DNA of 63,809 bases, filler included, from Myxococcota bacterium (GTDB lineage Bacteria; Myxococcota; Myxococcia; Myxococcales; Myxococcaceae): the NCBI GenBank assembly GCA_049322255.1. It is 5 parts of 5 records of this genome, joined end to end, with 100 filler letters (N's around TTAATTAATTAA, not from the genome) between each part and the next. Parts side by side here need not be neighbours in the genome. Positions count along the whole stretch, not along the records: positions 27,616 to 41,253 come from JBMORE010000113.1; positions 41,354 to 54,962 come from JBMORE010000114.1; 3 more parts are not named here. One strand, written 5' to 3'. The position numbers and the translations under genes were made by a program. Numbering within the stretch: the first letter of the stretch is position 1; every line of letters begins with the position of its first letter. Below, in pieces: positions 37,707-48,177 of this stretch. The notes under the pieces were generated by a model. It was not told the origin of the DNA and did no database searches. It worked only from the letters and a program-made list of their open reading frames with translations.

Positions 37707-38407
37707 TACCGGCGGCTCTTCTGGGCCGGCTTTTTCTTCGCCCCCGCTTTCTTCTTCGGCCGGGCCTGTTTCGCCGCCTTCTTCTTGGGGCGCACTTTCT
37801 TGGCCGCGCGGGACGCCGCCTGGGCGGCTCGCTTCTGGGCTGCTTTCAGCTGCTTCGACGCCTTCTTCACCAACCCGCGCACCGTGCTCGCCGCCTTCTT
37901 CGCCTGGGCGGACACCGCGTCGAACGCTTCGCTGGCCTGCTCCCCTGCGGCACTGAAGGCCTCGCTCACCTGCTCGGCAGCATCGGAGAGCGTCTCTCCG
38001 GCGGCGGCCCAGCGCTCGCGGGGGGAGCCGAAGTAGCGCTCCATCGGGTCGAAGTAGTACTCGCTCCAGCCCTCGCGGTAGCGGTGGCCCTGCCCGTCGG
38101 GGAGGTTGTCGTGGCGCAAGGTGAGCCGGGTGCCCCCTTGCGCCGGCTCGAGCAAGACTTCGAGCCGCGAGTCGGGGCTGCCGTCGGGGAACTCGGTGGT
38201 GCGCCAGGCCTGCACGATGCGGCGATACGGCTCCGACTCCAGCGTGCGGCCGGTGATGTACCCGTCGCTCGCGGTGAAGCCGCCCTGGCCGTCGGCGGTG
38301 GCCTTCCCGCCGGACATCGCCCCGTGCTCCTTGGGGTCGAGCCACGCACGAAAGATGCGCTCGGGCGAGGCCGGCAGCACCCGTGTCACTTCGATGGATT
38401 CGGACAT
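37706..38407 (-). CDS. SRPBCC/AHSA1 domain protein with Lys/Ala-rich basic C-terminal tail
   Basis: [12 protein letters not shown]...RIVQAWRT...[10 protein letters not shown], then KKAAK-type tail. Confidence 0.88.
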   Translation of the reverse strand: MSESIEVTRVLPASPERIFRAWLDPKEHGAMSGGKATADGQGGFTASDGYITGRTLESEPYRRIVQAWRTTEFPDGSPDSRLEVLLEPAQGGTRLTLRHDNLPDGQGHRYREGWSEYYFDPMERYFGSPRERWAAAGETLSDAAEQVSEAFSAAGEQASEAFDAVSAQAKKAASTVRGLVKKASKQLKAAQKRAAQAASRAAKKVRPKKKAAKQARPKKKAGAKKKPAQKSRR

Positions 38408-38504
38408 TTCTTCCCTCCTTGTCGAAAGGCAGCGGAATGTAGCGCATCGAGAGGGTACGTGCGCCTTGATACCCACGTGAGCGGCCTTCCATAATCCTCG
38501 CTGC

Positions 38505-40712
38505 ATGGCTTTCTTTGCGCGGTGCGCCGCGGTGGCGCTGGTGCTGGTGGTGAGTCTTGGGGCGCCCTCCGCCGTGGCCGACGCCGCCAAGGCCCGCGAG
38601 CGCGAGGCGCTGCGCAAGGCGTTGGTGGAGTCGATTCAACGCTCCTCGCTCAAGGCAGCGCGGGTGAGCGCTCAGGTGGTGAGCCTCGAGGATGGCGCGG
38701 TGGTGTTCGGCCAAAACGCCGACGAGCTGCTCAACCCCGCTTCCAACGTGAAGCTGGTCACCGCCGCCGTCGCGCTCGCCCGGCTGGGGCTCGACTTCCG
38801 CTTCGACACCGAGCTGCTCACCGACGAGCCGCTCAAAGACGGCAAGACCAAGGTGCTCTACGTCCGCGGCAAGGGTGACCCCACCCTCACCACCGAGCGG
38901 CTCTACGGCATCGTAGGCGAGCTGCTTCACACCGGGCTCAAGGAGGCCGCCGAGCTGGTGGTCGACGACAGCTACTTCGACGCCGAGCGGCTCGCCCCTG
39001 GTTACGACCAGGAGAGCTCCGACCGCTCGTACATGGCTCCCACCGGGGCGTTGTCCCTCAATTGGAACGCCATCGGCGTCTACTTGCGCCCCGGCAACGC
39101 GGTGGGAGCCAAGGCAGCGGTCGAGCTCGAGCCCCCTTCGGAGTACTTCGTGGTGGACAGCTCGCTCACCACCGGCAAACGGCACCTCCGCCGTTTCGCG
39201 GTCAGCTCCAAGCTCGACAAGGACAAGGGGGTGCAGCGCATCGAGGTGCGCGGCAGCGTGCCCTTCGAGCGGGGCACCTGGTCGGTGTGGAAGAAAATCG
39301 ACGAGCCGGCGCTCTATTTCGGCCACACCCTCAAGGCGATGCTCGCGCAGCGCGGGGTGAAGGTGAAACGGGTCAGGCCGGGCACGGTGCCCCCTGCGGC
39401 GAGGATGCTCTACGTCTCCCAGTCGGACACGCTGGACATCGTGCTCAAGCGGCTCAACAAGCACTCTTCCAACTTCGTCGCCGAGCAGCTGGTGAAGACC
39501 TTGGGCGCCGAGGTGAAGGGGCTGCCGGGCTCCACCGCCCAGGGCATCGAGGTGATTGAAGAGTTCCTCGAGAAGGAGGTGGGGCTGGCGCGTGGCTCCT
39601 ACGTGATGAAGAACGGCTCGGGGCTCAACGACACCAACCGCTTCTCGGCGGCGCAGCTGGTGAAGGTGCTGCGCCACATGTACGGCCGCTTCCCCTTGGC
39701 GTCGGAATACCTCTCGGCGGTGGCGATTGCCGGCAAGGACGGCACCTTGAGGTACCGCTTCGAGGGCTCCGACGCCGTCGGCCGGCTGCGGGCGAAGACC
39801 GGCACCCTGGAGAACGTTTCGGCGCTCTCCGGCTATGTGCAGGCGGTGGGTAACGAGCTGTTCGCCTTCTCGGTGGTGGTGAACGACTTCCCCGGACGGG
39901 CGGGAACGGTGGTGCAGCACATCGACGCCTTGGGGGCGATGGTGGCCTCCACCGGGAGCGCCCGGGGGCCGGACAGCGCGGTGGCGGCGCTCACCCCCTC
40001 CTCGGTGGTGGGGCCGATCGACGAGTTGAAATCGCGCTCCCGCACCTACCTGGCGATGGGGCGGCAGGGCGACAAGCGCAACATCTCCTTCCTGCGCACC
40101 GCCTGGCGCAACGAGAAAGACCCGGCGGTACGCGCGGTGGTGGCCGAGGCGCTCTACCTGTCCGACCCGCAGGACTACCTGGGGGCGCGCATGCTGGTCG
40201 ACAGCTTCGCCGCCACCGAAGAAGTCTACGGAAGGCTGCGTAAGGTGGCCCTCGCGCTGTCCGAGGAGGTGCCGGGCATCGCCTCGCTCGCCGAGCTGGG
40301 TTCGGGAGGAAACCTCGAGGCCTTGGGCCGGCTGCTCGAGGTGGCGAGGGCGGCGGTGGCCGACGAGACGGCGCAAGAGCCCATGGCAGAGACCCTGGCC
40401 GAGGTGGCCCGCTCCGCTCCCGACGAGCTGCTCTTGGCGATGCGCGGGGCGAGCGAGGCGGAAGCCAAGGCGTCGACCGCGCTGCTCGCGCGGGGGTTGG
40501 TGAAGGACGCCGACCCGGAGCACCCGTTCTGGCCGGCGCTGCGCCGCTCGATGGGCGCGCTCGACGCCGAGCTGGCCGCCTTCGCCAGGCGCACCGAAGC
40601 CGAGCTCTCGCTGGAGATTGCCCTGGTGAAAGCTCCCCCCGCCGCTGCGACCACCGCGGAGGAAACGGCGCCGCCCAAGGTGTCGCCTGAGGACGCGCGC
40701 CCGGGCGGGTAG
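38505..40712 (+). CDS. dacB: D-alanyl-D-alanine carboxypeptidase/endopeptidase (PBP4) with C-terminal helical extension
   Basis: PASNVK (SxxK), SSN (SxN), AKTGTL, GSGL. Confidence 0.93.
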   Translation: MAFFARCAAVALVLVVSLGAPSAVADAAKAREREALRKALVESIQRSSLKAARVSAQVVSLEDGAVVFGQNADELLNPASNVKLVTAAVALARLGLDFRFDTELLTDEPLKDGKTKVLYVRGKGDPTLTTERLYGIVGELLHTGLKEAAELVVDDSYFDAERLAPGYDQESSDRSYMAPTGALSLNWNAIGVYLRPGNAVGAKAAVELEPPSEYFVVDSSLTTGKRHLRRFAVSSKLDKDKGVQRIEVRGSVPFERGTWSVWKKIDEPALYFGHTLKAMLAQRGVKVKRVRPGTVPPAARMLYVSQSDTLDIVLKRLNKHSSNFVAEQLVKTLGAEVKGLPGSTAQGIEVIEEFLEKEVGLARGSYVMKNGSGLNDTNRFSAAQLVKVLRHMYGRFPLASEYLSAVAIAGKDGTLRYRFEGSDAVGRLRAKTGTLENVSALSGYVQAVGNELFAFSVVVNDFPGRAGTVVQHIDALGAMVASTGSARGPDSAVAALTPSSVVGPIDELKSRSRTYLAMGRQGDKRNISFLRTAWRNEKDPAVRAVVAEALYLSDPQDYLGARMLVDSFAATEEVYGRLRKVALALSEEVPGIASLAELGSGGNLEALGRLLEVARAAVADETAQEPMAETLAEVARSAPDELLLAMRGASEAEAKASTALLARGLVKDADPEHPFWPALRRSMGALDAELAAFARRTEAELSLEIALVKAPPAAATTAEETAPPKVSPEDARPGG

Positions 40713-40777
40713 AAGTGTCTTTTGACTAAGTAGTGGTAGCCGGGTTAAGCGCGACTCCTCTCTCTTGCGTGCCCGGC

Positions 40778-41215
40778 GTGGAAACGAGAACGGAACAGCC
40801 GGAGTCCTTCCTGGTGTGCCGCTCGGCGGCTCGTTTTTGCGCGCTTCGGCTCGGCCACGTGGTCGAAACCATGCGGCCCTTGCCCGTGGAGTCGCTGGGC
40901 GGAGCGCCTCCTTTCGTGCGCGGGTTGGCGATGATTCGCGGTGTACCCCTGCCGGTGGTGGATACGCGGTTGTTGCTGGGCGGTGAAGGGAACAGTGCGC
41001 CCGGGCGGTTCGTCACCGTCTGGGCGGGGCCGCGCCAGGTGGCCCTGTCATTCGACGAGGTTCTGGGGGTGAGGAAGATTCCTCGGGAGGCCTTCTCCGG
41101 GCTTCCTCCCCTGTTGGCGCAGGCCGCCCACGACGCCGTCGCCACGCTGGGGGCTCTCGACTCGGCGCTCCTCCTGGTGCTCGAAGAGTCGCGGTTGCTG
41201 GGGGCAGAGGCATGA
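40778..41215 (+). CDS. cheW: CheW family chemotaxis coupling protein
   Basis: [10 protein letters not shown]...[20 protein letters not shown]; start uncertain. Confidence 0.87.
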   Translation: METRTEQPESFLVCRSAARFCALRLGHVVETMRPLPVESLGGAPPFVRGLAMIRGVPLPVVDTRLLLGGEGNSAPGRFVTVWAGPRQVALSFDEVLGVRKIPREAFSGLPPLLAQAAHDAVATLGALDSALLLVLEESRLLGAEA

Positions 41216-41253
41216 CGGGCGTTACGCGGTATGCCGTCGACCGGCTTCGGGCC
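41212..41253 (+). CDS. start of next gene in the cheW operon (cut by gap)
   Basis: ATGA overlap with cheW stop, open to gap; too short to identify. Confidence 0.35.
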
Positions 41254-41353
41254 NNNNNNNNNNNNNNNNNNNNNNNNNNNNNNNNNNNNNNNNNNNNTTA
41301 ATTAATTAANNNNNNNNNNNNNNNNNNNNNNNNNNNNNNNNNNNNNNNNNNNN
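41254..41353. other. assembly spacer (Ns with TTAATTAATTAA linker)
   Basis: N run with linker at 41298-41309. Confidence 0.98.
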
Positions 41354-44161
41354 GGCGGTCACCACGAGATCAGGGCCGTTGACGGCGACGGCGTTGCCCG
41401 TCATGGCGTTGTTGGTCTCGTTGCCCTCGGCGATGGCTGCTGAGTAATCGGCGATGGCGCCCCAATAGTAGTTGCCAATGGCCACGGTGGTGGGAACGGT
41501 GACATTGACGGTCGCGGTGTTGCTCGCTCCGCCTGCGAGGCTGCCGACGTAGCGCGTGCCCACCCGAATGTCGGAGGTGGTGATGACGGCATCGGTGGAC
41601 AGGTACAAGCCCACGTAGAAAGCTCCCACGGCGGAGCTGCCTTGGTTTCGGACGGTCGACGACAAGGAAGCAACCATTCCCGGACCCGAGGATGCCGGGC
41701 CGCTGATCGCCGTCATCACCAGGTCAGCACCGGGATTGCCGACGACGATGGCGTTACCCAAACGGGCGTTGTTGCCCTCGTCGCTCTCCGCCTCGTAGGA
41801 CGCGTAGTCAACGATCGCTCCCAGGTAGTAGTTCCCCGCAGGCACGCTGGAGGCAATCGTGACCGAAGTCGCCGCCGAGTTGGACGTGCCGACCGCCAAC
41901 GAAGCCACCCACCGTAAGCCCAGGAGGGTGTCGGAGGTCGTGATGGTGGCGTCGGTGGAGAGGTAAATACCCACGAAGAAGCCACCCGACAGCGTCGTGC
42001 CCTGATTGAGGACCGTGTTCGACACCGAGATGCTGGTTCCGGGGTTGGCGGCGGCCGGCCCACTCACGGCGGTCACGACCAAGTCCGATTGCCCCACCTC
42101 GGCGACCGCGATGGTGTTGCCCGCAAGGCTGTTGTTGCTCTCGTCAGACTCGGGGGTGGCGTTGTCGACGTCCGCGATGGCGCCCAGGTAGTAGGTGCCG
42201 CCCGTCAAGCCGGGGGTGATGACCACCGAGGTCGAGGCGGTGTCGCTCGCTCCCGCGCCCAGCGCGCCCACCGACCGGGTGCCCAGGCGCGTATCCGCCA
42301 GGGTGATGACCGGGTCGGGCGAAAGGTAGATGCCCACCGAGAACGCGGTGGAGGTAAACGTCCCGTTGTTCGCCACCGTGGTGGAGACGTTGATCGATGT
42401 GCCAACCACGCCGCTGGTGGGCCCGCTTACCGCAGTCATCTGCAAGTCGGCTCCCGGGCTGACGGAGAAGGAGCTGCTCACCTGACTGTCATTGGCGGTG
42501 CTGCTCTGCACGAGGTAGCTCGACGAATCGGCAATCGCGCCCAGGTAGTAGGTACCGGTGGGGGTGGTCAGCGGAATGGTGACAGACGTGGTGGCGCTGC
42601 TCGAAGCGCCCGCCGCCAGGCTGTTGACCCAGCGTTGGGTCAGCGCGGTATCCGCCGTCGTGATGACGGGGTCGGGTGACAAATACAGACCCACGAAGAA
42701 GCCAGAGGCCCCTCCCCCTCCTTGGTTGACGACGGTGTCGGAGACCGAAATCGTCTCTCCCGGCGATGCCTGAACAGGCCCGCTGACCGTGGTGGCCACC
42801 AGATCGGGAGCGCCCGCATAGAGGTTGGTCACCGCGTTGGCCGCGTTCAACCGCCCACTGGTGGCGCACTTTCCCGAGAGCGACGCGACGACGTCGACGT
42901 TGTAATAGAGAGACGCCTTCACCTGCTCGTGGGTGAGCGCCAAGTTGGTTCCCCACACCAACGCGGCGGCTCCCGAGACAGCCGGCGTGGCCATCGAGGT
43001 GCCGCTCTTTTCACCGTAGTCTGCGCCCGGAATGGTGGAAAGAATGCCAGTGCCGGGTGCGGCCAAATCCACCGAGCCCGCCCCGTAGTTCGACCAATAA
43101 GCCAAGCTGTCGTTGTCGGCGGTGGCGGCCACGCACAAGACGTTGGTTTGCGCAGAGTTGCAGGGCACCGTCGGCGCCGCGTCATTGTTAGCGCCGTTGT
43201 TCATCGCTGCGGCGACGACGAGCATGCCGCGGGTCTTGGCGTACGCAATCGCGTCTTCCACCGTCTGCGAGTAGCACGGCGTGACGTCACACCCCCAGCT
43301 GTTGTTCGCAACCTGCGCGCCGTGGTCAGCCGCGTAGGTGAGCGCGCTGGCCGCGGCGAACATCGAACCGTCCCCTGCCGAGTCCAGGAACTTGAGTGGC
43401 ATGAGCTTGGCCTGCCACGCCACGCCGGCGACTCCGACCCCGTTGTTGCCCACCGCGGCGGCGATACCGGCGACGTGGGTGCCGTGGCTGTTGTCATCGA
43501 AGGGAACGGCGTTGTCCGAGACGAAGTTCCAACCTCGCACGTCGTCGACATAGCCGTTTCCGTCGTCGTCGATGCTGTTGTTGGAAATTTCGTTCGGGTT
43601 CGTCCAGCTGTTCGGTGCGAGGTCCGGGTGTGTCCAGTCGATACCGGTATCAATCACAGCGACGACCACTTGCGGGTTTCCCGTGGAGACGTCCCACGCC
43701 GCTGGGGCGTGAATGTCTGCTCCCGGGGTTCCTCCCGTCTGGCCGGTGTTGTTGAGCCACCACTGATCGGAGAAGCGAGGGTCGTTGGGCAGCTGGTTGG
43801 CGCGCGCCCGGATGTTGGGCTCGGCGTACTCGACCTCTGCGTTGCCGCGGTAACGCAGGAGGGCCTCCTCGACGGTCTCACCATCGGCGAGGCGAATTCG
43901 CTCGACGTTGAGCGGCGCCAGGCGAGCGATGACCGACGCCGACCGCTGCCGGTGCAGCATCGCTCTGGCCGTCAAAGGAACAGAAGGCTTGAATTTGACC
44001 AAGACCTCGCGTGGGGCGTGGGAGCGGTTCCCTGGGAGCCCGAACGGATCTGGGCTCGCCACCGACTTGGGTGAGACCGGCTCACCACAACCCGTGGTGA
44101 TGAACAACCCGCAGATGAGTAGACAGATCGAAGCCCACTTCCCGCCGATGGCAGATCCCAT
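41354..44161 (-). CDS. subtilisin-like S8 protease lipoprotein with CARDB repeats (3' truncated by gap)
   Basis: AGGAGAGG before ATG 44161; lipobox TTGC; VAVIDTG, HGTHVAG, SGTSMATP; repeated DL.(V/M)T.VSGP...YYLGAI.D...E..E.NN. Confidence 0.94.
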
Positions 44162-44340
44162 ACCTCTCCTCCTTTGACCCCTTTTAGGACCTTGGTACAG
44201 CTGACGCGGCAGCCTCAGAGAACCGTGCTCGCGCGTTTTCTTTGTACCATTTTCGGATTGCGACAAGAGCCACTTTGGTGGCTTTTTCGCGCTTGAATTG
44301 GTGTAGGTACTCGGCCGCGGCGCGTCACACGAGCACATTC

Positions 44341-44745
44341 ATGAAATTTTTTTGTCCCAACTGTGGTCAGCCCAACGAAGCGGCCTCTCCCGGAGCGCGG
44401 GTGACGTGCTCGGCCTGCACCGCGATGTTCGACGCGCCAGCCGCCCCTGGGCCAGCCCCTGCGCCGGCGTGGCCCGTGCCGTCGGCTCCGCAAGAAGGTT
44501 GGCCACAGAAACCTCAGGGACAGAAGACCAACACCTTGGCGATCGTGTCGCTGGTGTCGGGCGTTCTCTGCTGTATCCCCTTCGCCTCCGTCGTCGCGCT
44601 GGTCACCGGCATTCTGGCGATGAAACAAATCGACAGAAATTCTCAGGAGAGCGGCAAGGGGTTGGCAATCGCCGGCATCGTCCTGGGCGCGCTCGGATTC
44701 GTAGGCGGCGTCCTCGCGGTGCTCGCCAACCTCCTGGCGCGTTGA
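44341..44745 (+). CDS. zinc-ribbon plus DUF4190-like membrane protein
   Basis: CPNC...CSAC; TNTLAIVSLVSG...GKGLAIAGIVLG. Confidence 0.85.
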   Translation: MKFFCPNCGQPNEAASPGARVTCSACTAMFDAPAAPGPAPAPAWPVPSAPQEGWPQKPQGQKTNTLAIVSLVSGVLCCIPFASVVALVTGILAMKQIDRNSQESGKGLAIAGIVLGALGFVGGVLAVLANLLAR

Positions 44746-44750
44746 AGTAT

Positions 44751-45761
44751 TCAGGTCGCTGTCGGCGAATCCCTCCGAAACAGGGCCGACAACAAATAAG
44801 CGTACACGCCTGTTCCCACGATGAGCGCGAAGCTGATCTTGAACCACACCGGCAGCTTGGGCGGGTGAATTTGCGAGATGGTGCCCTCGATGATTCCCGC
44901 GAGGACGAAGAGGGCCAGCGTCCCCAAGAGCAACTGCACGGCGACCGTCGCCTCTTTGCGCAGCGACTTTCGACGTGGCAGCCCCTGCGGTGCCACCAGC
45001 CCGCGGGCGATGACCAAGCCCGCCGCTCCGGCGATGCAGATGGCAGAAATCTCCGGGATGCCGTGGGGGAGAATCCAGGCCCAGAACCAGCCGGTCATCC
45101 CCTTGGCGGCGTAGACCTGCGCCAGCGCGCCGATGAGCACGCCGTTGAGAAACAGCATCACTGCGGTGCCCACACCCACGGTGATGCCCAGCGCGAAGGC
45201 GAGAAAGGCAACTTGGATGTTGTGGGTGAAAAGAAAGCTGGAGAAGGCGGCCTGCATCTGCACCGACGCGGTGTCGCCTTTGGCTTCGTCTTGGGCGCGC
45301 TCGAGCGGGTCGAGCTCGAGGTGGTCTTGCGGCACCAGGTAGTGCGCCGCGGCAGGGTCGAACATCATGCCCGCGTAGCCGAACCCGAAACCACCCACGA
45401 AAAGGAGCAGCGCCGCCACGTACATGCGCCATTCGCGGGCGAAGAGACCGGGAAAGCCGCGAGTGAGGAAGCGTACGACGTCCACCAGCCTCGGGCGCCG
45501 CCCCGGGTAGGTGATGGCGTAGGCGCGGCCCACCAGGTCGTTCAAATACTCGCTGACGTCGGCCGAGCCTGCGCGCGCGCGCACCCAGAGCAAGTCGGAG
45601 GAGGCTCCGCGGTACAACCGTGACAGCTGCCGCGCCTCATCGAGCGAGAGCGTCTTGAGGCCCGTCATCTCCGCCTTGTCGAGCAAGGCCTCGAGGGCCG
45701 ACCAGCGCGGGCGCCTGGCGTCGATGAGCTCGGGAAGCTCCACGAGCGAAAGCTTAGCCAA
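44751..45761 (-). CDS. stage II sporulation protein M (DUF95) family membrane protein
   Basis: LYR...SDL, YLNDLVGRA, THNIQVAF, ILPHGIPEI, AGIIEG. Confidence 0.9.
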   Translation of the reverse strand: MAKLSLVELPELIDARRPRWSALEALLDKAEMTGLKTLSLDEARQLSRLYRGASSDLLWVRARAGSADVSEYLNDLVGRAYAITYPGRRPRLVDVVRFLTRGFPGLFAREWRMYVAALLLFVGGFGFGYAGMMFDPAAAHYLVPQDHLELDPLERAQDEAKGDTASVQMQAAFSSFLFTHNIQVAFLAFALGITVGVGTAVMLFLNGVLIGALAQVYAAKGMTGWFWAWILPHGIPEISAICIAGAAGLVIARGLVAPQGLPRRKSLRKEATVAVQLLLGTLALFVLAGIIEGTISQIHPPKLPVWFKISFALIVGTGVYAYLLSALFRRDSPTAT

Positions 45762-45786
45762 ATGCGGCTACAGTGCGACGCTCAAG

Positions 45787-46578
45787 ATGGCGCCGGCAGC
45801 CTCCACTCTCGACGCGACCCATACGGTGCTCACCCCAGAGTACGTGGAGTTCAACTTCGTCCTCGCGGGGCTCTACAGCCGTTTTCTCGCGTGGCTTTTC
45901 GACTCGGTGATCGTCGTCTTCGGTGCGGGCACGGTGCTTTCGGCCTTGAGCGTCCTCATGGCGGCGTTCCCCGGCTTCGGCTCGGCCCTGGGCTTCATCG
46001 TCTGGTTTTTGGTCGATTGGGGCTACGCCATCTTCTTCGAGACGGTGTGGAGCGGTCAGACCATTGGCAAGAAAGCCTTTGGGTTGCGCGTCATTCAGGA
46101 GAGCGGGGTGCGCATCGGCTTCTACCACGCGGTGCTACGCAACCTCGCACGCCCCGTCGATCGGCTGCCGCTGTTCTACCTGGTGGGCGGCGCTGCCGCG
46201 CTCTTTTCGAGCTCACAACAACGTTTCGGCGACATGCTGGCCGGCACCATCGTGGTGCGTGAGCGGCGCCTGAAGATTCCCGCGTCGATTGCCCGACCGG
46301 AAGGAGAAGCGCACCTGCTCGCCGACCTCGACTTCCACTTCAAAGTCGCCAAGCTCACTTCGGAGGAGGAAGAGCTGCTCTTTTCCGCCGCCATTCGCCG
46401 CGAGGAGCTGGGGATGGAGGCGCGCCTTCGGCTCTTCGCCGCTCTCTCGCAAAGGCTGCAGGAAGACAACGGCTTCTACAAGCCGGAGAACCTCTCCGAC
46501 GAGAAGCTGGTGCTCCTGGTGGCCGCGGCGAGCGCGGGGAAGAAAAGTCAACCCCACCGGCGAGCGTTTCAGAAGTAG
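45787..46578 (+). CDS. RDD family protein
   Basis: TPEYVE..LAGLYSRFLAWLFD, GQTIGKK, QRFGDMLAGT; divergent from SpoIIM gene. Confidence 0.92.
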   Translation: MAPAASTLDATHTVLTPEYVEFNFVLAGLYSRFLAWLFDSVIVVFGAGTVLSALSVLMAAFPGFGSALGFIVWFLVDWGYAIFFETVWSGQTIGKKAFGLRVIQESGVRIGFYHAVLRNLARPVDRLPLFYLVGGAAALFSSSQQRFGDMLAGTIVVRERRLKIPASIARPEGEAHLLADLDFHFKVAKLTSEEEELLFSAAIRREELGMEARLRLFAALSQRLQEDNGFYKPENLSDEKLVLLVAAASAGKKSQPHRRAFQK

Positions 46579-47072
46579 GTCGATACCACCGCTTGCGCCC
46601 CCAGCGCCGTGCGCAGCGGCTCGTTGAGCGCGATGTACAGGTTGAAAAACCCACGCGCGCCGAGCGACACCGTGTCCCCGGCGAAATAGTCGACACCGAA
46701 GTTGGGCCCCAGCCCGAAGAAGTTGGAAGTTCCGTTGTCGCGGAAGATGTGCAGGAACACCAAGTCGGCCGCCACGTAGGGCCGAAGCTGCTCCTCGCTG
46801 AAGAGGTGGCGCACCCCGAGGTTGCCTCCGGCAGCGATCACCTGTCGCCGGGTCAGCTTTTCAGTGAGGAGCATCAAGGGAACGCGCATCGACGCCTCGA
46901 ACCCGTTCTCGATGTACAGCGAGCTCTCCAAGGCAAGAGGCAACCCCCACTCCAAAAGGGGGTCGGCGTTCATGCTCATGTACCCCAGCGAGACGCCCAG
47001 CGAGCGGTTGGAAAACTGGGCGTGGGCAACGGGCGTGAAAAGAAGGGCGAGGGCGGCAACGAGCAATCGCAT
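46569..47072 (-). CDS. small outer-membrane beta-barrel protein
   Basis: Signal peptide ending AHA; alternating beta-strand pattern, LRPYVAAD, terminal VSTYF. Confidence 0.78.
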   Translation of the reverse strand: MRLLVAALALLFTPVAHAQFSNRSLGVSLGYMSMNADPLLEWGLPLALESSLYIENGFEASMRVPLMLLTEKLTRRQVIAAGGNLGVRHLFSEEQLRPYVAADLVFLHIFRDNGTSNFFGLGPNFGVDYFAGDTVSLGARGFFNLYIALNEPLRTALGAQAVVSTYF

Positions 47073-47124
47073 GGCCCGGCATCGTAGCCCCCTAACCTCA
47101 TGAAATCAGCTACACTTCCTGCGC

Positions 47125-48171
47125 ATGCGGCTTGCTTTTCCCGTGGTTGCCGCCGTCTTGGGGGCGGGCTGCCTCAGCGCTCCTCCGGTGCACCCGCGCG
47201 CGCTCGAGGCCAACGAGCTGTGCGCCATCTACGTCGGCCAGGGCGACTTGACCCGCGCCGAGGTGCAGTGCGACCTCGGGCTGCAATTCTCTCCTCAATA
47301 TGCCGACTTGTGGGTGAACAAGGGGCTCATCGCCCTGCGTCGCGGGCAGGAGGATGTCGCCAAGGAGCACTTCATCAAGGCGCTCCGCTACAACCAGGAG
47401 CAGGCCCAGGCCTACAACAACTTGGGCTACGTCTATTACAAGAACAACGCGTACGGGAAAGCGCACGACAACTTCCAGCGGGCGCTGAAGGTGAACCCCG
47501 ACTACACCGAGGCCCGCTACAACCTCGCGCTGGCGTTCATCGGGCTGGGCGAGAAGGACAAGGCGAAAAAGGAGCTGCGCACCGTCGTGGCCATCAACCC
47601 CAACCTCGCCGACCCCCACCACTATCTGGGGGTGTTGGCGCTGGAGGAGGGCGCGCTGGAAGAGGCGGTGGAAGAGCTGCAAAAGGCCGTGGCGCTCGAC
47701 CCGGCGTACGCCGACGCGTGGATGAACCTCGCCAACGCCTACGCCGAAGCGGGCAAGTTCGGCGAGGCGGTCGACGCCTTCACCTCGTGCATCGAGGCCG
47801 ACCCCAACAACGCCCAATGCCGCAACGGCCTGCCGGTGGTGCAGCGCAAGGCCTCGCTGCAAAAGCCCGGGCTGGAGGACGCGCGCAAGACTCTGGCCGG
47901 GGAGAACACCGCCGAGGGCATGTTCCTCCAGGCCCGCGACTTTCGCGACAAGGGGCTGCGCAACGAAGAGGAGCGCGCCTACAAAAAATGCGTCAAGCTC
48001 GACAACCGCTATGCGCCCTGTCACTGGGGTCTGCACCAGATTTTCGTCGAGGAGCGCCGCGACAAAGAAGCCCTCATCGCCTGCAAGAACTTTCTCAAAG
48101 TCGCGCTGGCCGATGAGTACCCCAAGGAAGTGGAGAGCTGCGAGCGGTACGTCTCCTCGACGACGTACTAG
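47125..48171 (+). CDS. TPR-repeat lipoprotein (PilF/Tgl-like)
   Basis: Lipobox GAGC; repeated AYNNLG, ARYNLA, AWMNLA TPR units. Confidence 0.88.
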   Translation: MRLAFPVVAAVLGAGCLSAPPVHPRALEANELCAIYVGQGDLTRAEVQCDLGLQFSPQYADLWVNKGLIALRRGQEDVAKEHFIKALRYNQEQAQAYNNLGYVYYKNNAYGKAHDNFQRALKVNPDYTEARYNLALAFIGLGEKDKAKKELRTVVAINPNLADPHHYLGVLALEEGALEEAVEELQKAVALDPAYADAWMNLANAYAEAGKFGEAVDAFTSCIEADPNNAQCRNGLPVVQRKASLQKPGLEDARKTLAGENTAEGMFLQARDFRDKGLRNEEERAYKKCVKLDNRYAPCHWGLHQIFVEERRDKEALIACKNFLKVALADEYPKEVESCERYVSSTTY

Positions 48172-48177
48172 GAATTC

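Noticed and set aside
37263..40523. 1086-aa minus-strand ORF
   Set aside because: Antisense shadow of dacB; only the last 147 codons (dtd) are credible
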